Below, one piece after another: positions 49,515 through 59,640 of a stretch of 64,000 bases of DNA. How positions within the stretch are numbered: position 1 is the stretch's first letter; every line of letters begins with the position of its first letter. Position numbers and translations under genes: made by a program. The stretch is from an uncultured Gemmatimonadaceae bacterium (GTDB taxonomy: Bacteria > Gemmatimonadota > Gemmatimonadetes > Gemmatimonadales > Gemmatimonadaceae): contig CAVUDW010000003.1 of NCBI GenBank assembly GCA_963740355.1, forward strand, positions 2,496,001 through 2,560,000, given 5' to 3'. A model generated the notes under the pieces. The model ran no database searches. It worked only from the letters and a program-made list of their open reading frames with translations, and was not told the DNA's origin.

Positions 49515-51936
49515 GACGCCCCCATCTTCTTCAGGTGCTCGTCCACCCGGGCGGCGAGCGTCTCCACTTCGTCGGTGAGCTTCGGCAGCGGCGTGGCGTA
49601 GCGTTCGGCCAGTTCGCGGATGCGGCCGGTGAGGGTCTGCGAGACGCGGTCGAGCTCGCCCTGCACGGCGGCCGACAGCCGCGCCATCCACTTGTCGTCC
49701 ACCACCAGCGTCTTGATCTCGGCCTCGGTGAGCTTGGGGTACTTGGCGTAGGCCAGCTTGTCGAGCGCGGCCTCCTGCTCCTTCACGGCGCGCTTGAGCG
49801 TCGGTCTCGCGGTCGGCAGCTCCAGCCATCGCTCGAGCACCGCGGCCTCGTCCTTGCGCGTCCTTGTCGCCCTTGATCTCCTTGAGCCGGGCACTGACCT
49901 CGGCCTTGGCGATCTTGTCCAGCTCGCCGAGGAAGCCCTCCTCGCCGCCGTGCTCTCCTCCAGCTCGGCGAGCGTGGCGGTCGCAGCTTCCAGCTCGGCC
50001 TGCGTGCGCCTCGATCGCGGCCTGCTCCTTGGCGAAGTAGCGGGCGACGATCAGCGGCTTGGGGACCAGGTCGCAGGCCCAGCCCTTGTCCTTGCGTCTT
50101 GCCCTTCTTGTCGGTCTCCAGGATGCGCGCCGGTCTTCGCCACCCAGCCGTCGGCGGCGATCAGGTAGGCGTCGTCCTGCATGGTCTCGGCCCAGTAGTC
50201 CATCAGGTGCTGGTAGACGTCGTAGGCGTCGAGCAGCGGCGCCTGGCGTGAAGGCGGCGAGCAGGTCCTCGGCGATGGTCTCGATCAGCGCCTTGGGGTG
50301 GCCGTCCTGGCCGAAGCCGGTGAGGCGCGGCGTCGTGGCCTTGCGCCAGTCGGCGAAGCGCTGTCGTCGCCTGCTGCTGAAGGCGGTGAACTCGGCGTGG
50401 CCGAGGATGGCGGGCTTGACCTCGGCGCAGCGGCAGCTTCAGGCGCGCGTAGCCGGGGCGGCCCGCGCGACTCGAACAGCGCGCCGCGCACGCCGGGCAG
50501 CACCTCCCAGTAGCGCGCCGAGCGCGTCGAGGTCGCGCTCGGGGATGCCGCCGCGCAGGTGGCCGTCGATGTCCTGCAGGTCTTCGGGCTCGGTGCTGTC
50601 GATGTAGCGCGGCAGGTTGAGGTTGAAGTCGTTCTTCGGGTCGGCGATCTCGGCGCAGCGGCACCATGCGGGCGTAGCGCGGGCACGTCGGCCTGCCTGG
50701 TGAAGGTGTCGACGATCCGGTGGATGTCCTGCTCGCGCAGGCGGTTCTTGTTGCCGTCCTTGATGAAGCCCTTGGAGGCGTCGATCATGAAGACGCCCTT
50801 GCGGGCGGCGGCGTTCTCCTTGTCGAGCACCAGGATGCAGGCGGGGATGCCGGTGCCGTAGAACAGGTTGGCCGGCAGGCCGATGATGCCCTTGAGGATA
50901 GCCGGAGCGGACGAGCTGCTGGCGGATGACGGCCTCGGCATTGCCGCGGAACAGCACGCCGTGCGGCAGGATGCAGGCGCCTTTGCCCGTGCTCTTCATC
51001 GAGCGGATGATGTGCAGCAGGTAGGCGTAGTCGCCCTGCTTGGCCGGCGGCACGCCCCAGGCGAAGCGCTGGAACGGGTCGTTCGCCGGCGTGAGGCCGG
51101 TGCTCCAGGTCTTGTCGGAGAACGGCGGATTGGCGACGACGTAGTCGTAGGTGCGCAGCTGCTCGCCGTCCTTGAACTTGGGCTCGGCCAGCGTGTTGCC
51201 CGGCAGGATGTTGGCCGTCGGGAAGTCGTGCAGGATCATGTTCATGCGGGCCAGACCGGCCGTGGTCACGTCCTTCTCCTGCCCTTCGAGCGTGATGTGC
51301 TTGCCCGCCTCGGCCGCCACCTTCAGCAGCAGCGAGCCCGAGCCGCAGGTGGGGTCGTAGGCGGTGGTCGACGCCTTGGTGTTCGTCCGGCGAGATGCCG
51401 ATGACCTTGGCGATGATGCGGCTGACCTCGGCCGGCGTGTAGAACTGGCCCTTGCTCTTGCCGCTCTCGGTGGCGAAGTGCCGCATCAGGTATTCGTAGG
51501 CGTCGCCCAGGATGTCGTCGTTCTCGGCGCGGTTCTGCGAGAAGTCGAGCTCGGGCTTCTGGAAGATGCCGATCAGGTTGGTCAGCCGCTCGACCATCGC
51601 CTGGCCTTCGCCGAGCTTGTTCGGGTCGTTGAAGTCGGGGAAGTCGCTGCGGGCCAGGCGGGCGTTGGCGTCGATCAGCGGCTGGATGATCTGGGTGTTG
51701 ATCTTGTCGCCGATGTCGCTCTTGCCCTTGAGCGCGATCATGTCCTTGAAGCTGGCGCCCTTCGGGATGGTGACCGGCGGGGCGAAGTCGTCGCTGTTGC
51801 CGTACTTGTCGGTGATGTACTTGATGAACAGCATGAACAGGACGTAGTCCTTGTACTGGCTGGCATCCATGCCGCCGCGCAGTTCGTCGCAGGAGGCCCA
51901 GAGGGAGGAGTAGAGGTCGGATTTCTTGATGGCCAT
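49505..51936 (-). CDS. hsdM: Type I R-M N6-adenine methyltransferase subunit M (multiple frameshifts)
   Basis: LWASCDELRGGMD, GDAYEYL, GQFYTP, DPTCGSGSLL, VVANPPF, LPHGVLFRG, NLNLPRYI. Confidence 0.95.
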
Positions 51937-52065
51937 GTGACGCGTGGTGGGCAAGATTGTATTCGCGACTGTCTGTCAGGATAAGCAGACGTCAGTGCGG
52001 GTCGATGCTTAGCCATCGGAGTGTACGGGCGAACTCGGCGCACAGCAACCAGCCCTAGGCAGCTG

Positions 52066-52810
52066 TCAGGCGCGGAGCTTCGCGGCCACGTACGACAACA
52101 GAGTGCGCGCAGCGTTGATCATCAGCATCGCTTCCGGTGCGGCCAAGAGTTCGTCATTCGGGTGCGCGACACTCGCTCTGTTTCGCACCGGATCGAGTTT
52201 CGACACGATCGTAGCCAGAGAAAGCACGATGCTATCGACATCCTCGGCCCGTGGCCCGCGAACCGCGAACGCCGGATGCGCAATGCGAACAGTCTTGAAG
52301 CACTGAGTGAGGCCGGCATCCTTGTCTACGGTAAGCCCCGCTTGCCTGCAGACAGCAATCAGATGTCCATGCAGCGCGGTATGGAGGCGATCGACACCGC
52401 TGGTCGCTCCGCTCTCCCTCAAGAGTGCCTCTGCATCGCCTAACGCTCGAATCACAACTGCGCTTGTTTCCTGAAGGTCTGGGGCTGCGACTGACTCAGC
52501 ATCCAGCAGGATTGATGCTGTCCTCTCAAGCTCGACCCTTAGCCGCTCACCTCTACCGTCGGCGGCGCTCCCATTCCTCCCTCCGCGAAATCTCGCCAGG
52601 ACGCCGCGAATATCGCAGCTTGTTCTCGGGGAGACGCCTGAGACAGGATGGCGATGAATCGATTGCGCGTAGTTTGCGCAGCAAGAGATTCAGGATCGGA
52701 ACCCAGTCCGCAAAATTCGGGGCAGACTCCTTGTGAGTCTTATACGGGAAATCGCCGAGAAATCCTGGGTTCGGCTTCACCGATCGAACGATTTGAATTT
52801 TCAGATGTCC
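52066..52810 (-). CDS. Abortive-infection family protein (Abi_C-like C-terminus); 5' part frameshifted or decayed, start uncertain
   Basis: DAEALL..SGVDRLHTALHGHL..C..LDPVRNRASVAHPN; upstream GFLGDFPYKTH lies in another frame. Confidence 0.65.
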
Positions 52811-53183
52811 CGTTGCGACAGGCCGTTCGCCATCTTCGGCTCCTAAGACATCCAGCAGAATTCGTGGGCGTGGCCAATCAACAGCGGATATCGCGGGGTA
52901 GCAGGTAGCTTCGGGAGTCGTCCGCATTATCCTTGCTCCCGAGGCCTCAAGGTACCGCATCCAAAACGTCTTCAACGCGACTTCGTCGGCTGTACCTACC
53001 TCGGCGTCGAGAGCAACCACACACACGCCTCGCAAGTCGGGAAGCAGCCCATTGATGCGCGGCTCTCAATCCATGCGGCGTTCGGCATTCGTTGCGTCGT
53101 TCCATGTCAAGTTGCGAAGTTGAATGAGCATGTCTGACAGAGTAACGAGCACTGGCGTTCTTCGCGCACCGGAACGGGCGTAG

Positions 53184-53620
53184 TCAGAGGTACGGCGAAG
53201 AAGACCAAGATGTCTGTCGATGTGACCTTCTCATGCCGGCAGTATCTGTCATGCTAGTGGCCTTCATTCGAGCAAAATCCTTGAAGGTCTGCAGCTCCAA
53301 TCGCTCGCGAGTGAATACAGTTGGTGGACGTCGAAGTTGTGGCACGTTCCCACGCCACTCGCGAACCGAGTCTGAGTTCGTGCGGAACGTTTCGATGAGT
53401 GTGATCTCGTCATCGAATGAAAGGCTTTCCACCAGTGCCGCGATGAATACCCGCTATCGCGCATCTGCTGTGGTTTTCGCGATGCCGAGCGGTCGATGCC
53501 AACCATCCAGCGTGTGCTGGCCGGCGACGTCGTCTGAGCACCAAGGCACGCTGGTCCGAGCAGGAGCAGGAACGCGAGTCCCTTTCTCACGACTCGTGCG
53601 AGTATCAACACGAGAATCAT
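53184..53620 (-). CDS. Secreted hypothetical protein with a vWA-like DxSxS motif (frameshifted, extent uncertain)
   Basis: Signal-like segment followed by WMVGIDRSAS; continuation SLSFDDEITLIE in the adjacent frame. Confidence 0.35.
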
Positions 53621-53668
53621 GCGGCTTGAGTCGTGAGCTGATCCGCGATTCTCTCGATTCGATGAGAT

Positions 53669-55253
53669 TCATTTCGGAGCAGTGCCAATTCGTCTCGCGA
53701 CGGAGCGAGGGTTTCGGGTTCCGTATGAGCACGGAATCAGTGAGGTCGTCGAGAGGCATGTGAACTTTCTGCTGGAACGCTGCAATATGCTTTGGGTCAA
53801 TTCCGCGAAGACTTGCGTTTTCTGCACGCCATTTGGGAATGATGCCTTCGAATGCGATCGCTTGGCTTCGATCGTTGCCAGTGGCTTGCTACGCATCAGA
53901 CTGTTCACGCGTGCACAGGGCAGCTTCTCCGAGCCGTACTTGCTCTCTTGCATCCGAGGTGTAGCGGAGGAGTCGCTCTCGATTCGAGAGACACTTTGCC
54001 TTGAGAGGCTGCAGGTCAGGGTGCTCACCGCGAGTTCGTCAATTCTCGTTTGTTGAAAGAAAGCCAATGAGAAATGCGGCCCCAACGATCGCGATGTTGA
54101 GAGAAGAATCGCGAGGTTGTTGTCCTCGACTGTCTGCGCGAAGGCAACGAGATCTCGTTTTGCTTGACGTTCGCGAGCAATCGCTTGACCGCTTTCATGA
54201 TATCCAGCATTTCCGCTTCGTCCTTCAACTGAATCGCCAATGGCCACGCGCCGCGCCTGCTCCCTTGAGAAGAGTGCTTCCGCTTCGTTAAGTCGACCAG
54301 TGGCGACATGATTGGCGTTGTGCCGCGCCATCCAAAGAAAGGTTGTAATCAGAATGGCACAGCCCGCAGCCACCCCAAGTACAAGCCGCTTCTGCCTTTG
54401 CAGCGAGCGAATCGACTGTGCGCTGAATGGATAGTCCTCGGGCTTCAGTGCTGAGAGGACCCGGCCAGCGACACCTGATTCTTTGCCCGCGATAAAGAGG
54501 ACGACAACCACCGCAATCGCAATGAAGGTGGATTCAACGCGCGTTACAATTTCAGATCCCAGCCAGAGACAAGCCAGCCGCGAAGACCCCCTGGGTCGAC
54601 GCGGATTCGATGGCATCAGCGGCACTGCGCTCAATATTCGCACTGAGCGGCCAGATGATTCGGAAGATCGGTTGGTTTGCGATGAACTCTACGAAGATCA
54701 GGAGCACGGTCAGAGTGACTTTCAGCCACGTTGGCATGAACGCGTCGTACTTGACGGGTTGAATCTCTTTCTCCGTCGCTTTCCGAATTTCCTCGATACG
54801 TCGCTCTGCGTCAGCGAGTTCCTCACTCGCGATTTTTGCCTCGGTTACGGACGCGCGGCCGTTTGCAACACGCTGTCCGAGGTCACTCGCTTCTGAATCA
54901 ATCGCATCCTGCATTTTGACCTTAGTTCTCTCCGGCCAGCGCTTCCAAAGTGCTGCGCAAGCGCTTGCCAGTACGCGCTCCGGTGGCAGCTGTTCATCAC
55001 CCAGTTCCGTGATGCCTGGCAGGCCCTTCTGCGCCCAGACCGTAGCGTAGGCTCGAGCCTCAGATTCGATCCCATCAAGTTCGCGCTCAAACCAGTAGTC
55101 GACTTTCTTAAGAACGCTGTGAACGCCCGAGAATTCCTCGGTATCGTCCCATGAAGTTCCAAATGCGGCCGATCCTGCAGAATCTTCCGGATGGCCATTT
55201 GTCCCGGTTTGCTCGCCGATTGAACCTGGACTAGCAGCGAACGGAGTTGTCAT
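53669..55253 (-). CDS. Multi-TM coiled-coil hypothetical protein (probably one gene split by frameshifts)
   Basis: ORFs 54552-55253 and 53669-54643 overlap and alternate coiled-coil and hydrophobic segments. Confidence 0.45.
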
Positions 55254-55669
55254 CGCATCGCGTTGTTGTAGGACGCCGCTGACATAGCACGGTCAGCTGG
55301 CATTTTTTAGCTGCATACGGCAACCCATGAGGCTGCCAAGAAGGTAACGTAGTGTTCCGATTCTGTCGAACGCACTGACGCATTTGGTTGATATATCAGG
55401 CCACAGCATGGCAAGATCGCGTTGCCGATGGCGCTCATCTCCGCCGAACAATTGATAGCATTCCGCGCGCGTGCGTATAGCCCGAAGACGGCGCCGACGG
55501 AGATAGGCTTCGGTTCCGACATGCTCGCGCAGCGGCAGAGCCCTTACGCGTCGCTCCCGCAGCTGAAGGTGGCGACTCAATAGGCGACCCGGCTCTGCCT
55601 GAGCGCGATTCTAAGCGCATGTGCTCGATTGCTCATATCTCGAACTGCTAGGCGATCTCACACAGCTCC

Positions 55670-56248
55670 TTAAGGGCGTTTGCCCGCCGCTTTAGAGCGC
55701 GATTCGAGGTCGCTGACTGTGTCCGCGAGCTGCTGCCACAACGCCTTCGGCGTCCGCTCACTGAATGCATCTGACAGCGCCCGATAGTACCATAGCGTTC
55801 CGTCACGTCCGCCACGGAATCTCGACCAAACCTCCTCGCCAATCTGCTTGTGGTCCGCCAGGATCGAGCTGGCGTTGTGAAGCTTGTCAGCGAGTGATAC
55901 TAGGAGGGCGGCGGAGGACTTGTGCACGATGGAGGCGATGTATGCTTCTTTGCGCTCTCGCCAAGCAGGCTTCGGATCAACGTCAGTGTCGGAGTTTGCT
56001 TCGACGATATCGGCTACCGCGCTTCCGTATCTGTCGCGAATTCGATCGAGCATCATTGCGCCCCCTTGATCCTCCACCGTGTCGTGCAGGAGTGCTGCAA
56101 TGACAGTGTCCTCGTCACCGCCCGCCTCGATCACGATCGCAGCAACGGCGAGAAGGTGCGCGATGTAGGGGATGTCCGTTTCTTTGCGCCGTTGGGCGCC
56201 ATGAATTTCGTTAGCAAATGCCAGCGCTGCAGAGAATCGCGGACCCAA
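55670..56248 (-). CDS. Stand-alone RelA/SpoT-type HD hydrolase (small alarmone hydrolase, Mesh1-like)
   Basis: ALAFA..HGAQRRK..PYIAH..V, AALLHDTVEDQ, VSLADKLHN. Confidence 0.9.
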   Translation of the reverse strand: MGPRFSAALAFANEIHGAQRRKETDIPYIAHLLAVAAIVIEAGGDEDTVIAALLHDTVEDQGGAMMLDRIRDRYGSAVADIVEANSDTDVDPKPAWRERKEAYIASIVHKSSAALLVSLADKLHNASSILADHKQIGEEVWSRFRGGRDGTLWYYRALSDAFSERTPKALWQQLADTVSDLESRSKAAGKRP

Positions 56249-56371
56249 AGTGCGCTCCAGTGTTATGAAGATTCGGTTATTTGCTCATATGCTCTGTGCC
56301 TGACGAGCGTTGTTGCGTCTCCACAGCTCGGCAATGCGCCAACTCGGTGCCAACGTCGGTCATATCCATCA

Positions 56372-57016
56372 TCACGATGCTCTGTGATCGTCGCTGACCA
56401 CGCCACTCCGAGCGAACGAGGTGCGTGCTATCCGTGCCACGGTCGCATTCTGAAGAGGCCATTCGAGCGCAGCTAAGATGATAGGGAAACCACTAGATGC
56501 GGACGCATCGCATACTCTCCAGAAGGATTCTCTCGTGCTCCGCGGCACCGCCTTGCCAGGATTTCCGAAAGGCGCCCAGCTATCCCAATACTCGGTCGGC
56601 GCGAGTACGACCGTCTTGACCGTTTCGGCAACGTCTGCGACACGCTGATCGGGATGACGTCGACTTGCAATCGCAGCGACCTCACTTCGGATGGCACCCC
56701 AGTTCTCCTGAACGGCAATTGCATTTGCAACTCCTTCCATTAGGCATCGCAACGGCGTCTCCCGCGACTGAGCGCGCTTCAACTCGATCACGACTGGATT
56801 GCCCGTTGCATCTAGGCCGAGCAAGTCAATGTGCCCCCAGCCATCGCGGGCGATGTTGTCAAAAAGCGGCACCTGAAACGCAATTAGTCGCCCCCAGATA
56901 GGACTTTCGTGGAAGGATCCTGTCGGCCCGCAGTCAGCATAGATCGCCTGCTCCATGGCCCGCTCGGCACTTCGCTCGGAGTAGTGCTCGAGCTTTTTCC
57001 GCGAATCTTCTGGCAA
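56372..57016 (-). CDS. PD-(D/E)XK nuclease-like protein (true start may be upstream, ~57190)
   Basis: AFQVPL..WGHIDLLGLD..PVVIELK..ETPLR motif. Confidence 0.7.
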   Translation of the reverse strand: MPEDSRKKLEHYSERSAERAMEQAIYADCGPTGSFHESPIWGRLIAFQVPLFDNIARDGWGHIDLLGLDATGNPVVIELKRAQSRETPLRCLMEGVANAIAVQENWGAIRSEVAAIASRRHPDQRVADVAETVKTVVLAPTEYWDSWAPFGNPGKAVPRSTRESFWRVCDASASSGFPIILAALEWPLQNATVARIARTSFARSGVVSDDHRAS

Positions 57017-57072
57017 CGTTGAGATCCTGAACCCCCGCGAATCTCTCCGGGGTACGACTGCACGCGTCGCGG

Positions 57073-58192
57073 CTACAGCGGCCGCGAAGTCGCGTTCGAG
57101 AAGGGAAGAGTGTTGCCCCAGTTTCCTGGCTGCGTCGACTCGTTTCGCAAAACATGAAGGCCGGCAGCGGGTGCCACTTCGATGTCAGTCATACGGTGCT
57201 CGGAGTATCGTTTGGTGCCACACGACTGTTTGCCCGAAAACGCCGACTGACGCAACCCGCGCGTATCGTATCCCAGTGTCTTGGTGTCGAGGTATGTCAC
57301 GAGTGCTGCTCTCTGTCCATCAATGGTCGTAGAGCGGCAGAAGTCGCGGACCTCCTCCCACGTGTGACGGACAAATCGGCGATCGTCGGATGTGTAGTAG
57401 GTGCCCACCGAATCGCGCCTCTATGCCTCATGATTCTCCCGCCGCCGCACAAAGACTGACGAGCACAAACCTCTTCCCCGCCTGCTTCGCCATCCACGTT
57501 CCAAGCAACCAGAGCCGCATCAGCTGATACAGCGCCTGCTCGACGGCAACCGTTTTCGCATCCGACGAGAACACTTTGGAGTACCATCCGTCCACCGCTA
57601 CCGTGTACGTATGTAGACTGCTCTCATGCGTCGGCGTGGTCTCGTTCTTCGACCCAAGCTTCGCCTCGATCAGAAACAGCGTATCGTCGCTGTCGATCAG
57701 CACATCCGGCTCCGTGCCGCGGGCCTCGACTTCGCGGAACGCGTCGCGCGCCTCGGCGAGCCTCGAGTCGGGCTGACCTGTCTCAGAGTTGAGTGACCAA
57801 TACGACGGCACCGCGCCAGTGACCTGCCGCCCGACGATCGAAGACAGTACCGAGTTCAGAAGATCTGAGCGCTCGAGAGCGCGGATGACATTGAACGTCA
57901 GCGCATCCTCACTCCGCTCCCGGCCCAATTGCTCCGTCTCGCGCTTCTGGTCGAGGAGCCGGTGCAGCAACGCACGATCGTCAGCGTCCGACGACAAGAG
58001 GTTGTCAGTGTACGCGCCGTGATCGTAGGTACTCGCCGAGATGTAGATGTCATGCTCAGGACAGCGGAACTGCTCTTCCCGCCGGAACGTCTTCCGCTGC
58101 CGCACAACACGGTGTTTGCACCCGAGCACCGGGCACTCGACGGTGGCCTCGTCGAATTCAATCCGCGGCTTCAGCGTTCGAGAGTCGTACAT
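57073..58192 (-). CDS. PD-(D/E)XK nuclease-like protein with N-terminal Zn-finger (57073-57408 is probably its frameshifted C-terminus)
   Basis: CPVLGC..CPEH, RSEDALTFN, TEPDVLI..IEAKLGS, YQLMR; downstream FVRHTWEEV. Confidence 0.7.
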
Positions 58193-58330
58193 GCGGCTTT
58201 CCGCGTCAGAATTCTGAATTCGACCCGAGAGCACTATGCACCCGGGACCAGACCCCGTCGAGTCTGTCTCTGAACGCTACCATTCCGGTCTGACACCGCC
58301 GTCCTAATACATCAGCGCCGACGCGAAACA

Positions 58331-58364
58331 GGGCGGGACGCAACCATCTGGTCGCGTCCCCGCC
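58331..58364 (-). terminator. Imperfect hairpin next to the att scar
   Basis: GGCGGGACGC..ACC / GGT..GCGTCCCCGCC stem. Confidence 0.4.
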
Positions 58365-58386
58365 TCGGTTTGCATGCAAACTTTTG

Positions 58387-58426
58387 TGGCGAGGGAGGTA
58401 ATTGAACCCCCGACACCCGGATTTTC
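58387..58426 (-). repeat. Duplicated 3' half of tRNA-Phe (att-site scar)
   Basis: TGGCGAGGGAGGTAATTGAACCCCCGACACCCGGATTTTC aligns to 62233-62271 with a few differences and stops exactly at the anticodon. Confidence 0.88.
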
Positions 58427-58523
58427 GGAACTTCTGACGGCTAATGCCCCCGAGCACGCACCGTCCGCAGCCCTCGACCGACCTGTGGCCGACCGTGGGC
58501 AACTCTTGCTCTTATTCGCCGTG

Positions 58524-59527
58524 CTACGCGCCCCCTCGTCGCCACGGGGACGGTCCGACGACCCTTCGCCGACCGGCGCGTCGCGTGTCGTGCCGAAGTA
58601 CAGATGCGTCCCATCCGACGAGAGCGACGGGCGCGTCTCCGGCGCCGCGCTGTTCACGTTCGGTCCCAGATTCGACGGAGCACCCCACGCATCGCCTGGA
58701 CCTCCTCCTCGAGGCGACCCAGATGTCGTTACCACCCTGACCACCCGGTCGGTTGCTGTAGAAGAACAGTTCGCGCGAATCATCACTGAGGAACGGCTGC
58801 CCGTCCTGCGCGTCCGAGTTGACGCCGGGCACCAATTCCGGCGCCTGGAAGCCACCGGCGCGCCAGCTGGTGACGTAAAGATCAAAGTCCGGTGCCACGC
58901 CCGGTGCCTCGGCTGCGAATCCGCCCGGCCGAGCGCTGGAGAAGTAGAGCACCACCCCACGCCTCGCCTCGATCCCCGGCACCGGCCCCTCTTCGTTCCC
59001 CGCGCTGTTCACCGAGCAGCCCAAGGGCTTCCTCGGCGCCGTGAATGAGCCGTCCCGGTTGCGGCGCGCGACATAGATGTCGGTGCCGCCGCAGCCCCCT
59101 GGGCGATCGCTGACGAAGAAGAATGTTTTCCCATCGCCGGCGAGCATCGGACAGAAGTCGTTGTACACCGTGCTGATCGGCTCACCCACCAACGTAGGCT
59201 CGCCCCATGGACTGTTCTCTGATGTCCGTGCGCTGACCCGGATGTCGCGACCACCAACCCCGCCTGGTCGAGTGGACGCAATGAAGAAGAGCTTTCCGTC
59301 ACGCGACGGCATCGGGCATCCATCCAGTGCCGCGGTATTGAAGTTCGGCTGGCACCCGGTCGCGCGAGTTCGATCGACATCGCCTCGCTCCATTCCGGTG
59401 TCGAGGGAGTCCTTTGGCCATGCAAGGAGATGTCGGGGGTAGTCTGCGAGCCGGTGGGTGACTCCGACACACAGGCCGCTAATCCGAGCACCAGCAGGGC
59501 CACACTGCGAGAGCAGAACGATCGCAT
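58524..59527 (-). CDS. Lipoprotein with PD40/WD40-like (TolB-type) beta-propeller repeats (frameshifted; 3' end uncertain)
   Basis: Lipobox-like GLAAC; repeated P.xSxDG..LFF.S.RPGG.GG.DI units. Confidence 0.82.
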
Positions 59528-59640
59528 GAACGTCTCCGAAGGGGGTGAAATGGCTTGCCCACCTCTGTGGGTGAGCCTACCATGACCCGAGGGAGTGAAC
59601 GCTCCCTGTGAAGCGAGTGAACTCCGGCGCGTGTGCCTGC

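Larger units (their letters stand above)
37400..58426. mobile_element. Mosaic defence island ending at a tRNA-Phe att scar; left boundary approximate; no integrase seen
   Basis: Dense cluster of nuclease/R-M/Abi genes, abrupt GC changes at ~39.3, 42.5 and 52 kb (by eye), tRNA 3'-half duplicate at 58387-58426. Confidence 0.7.
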
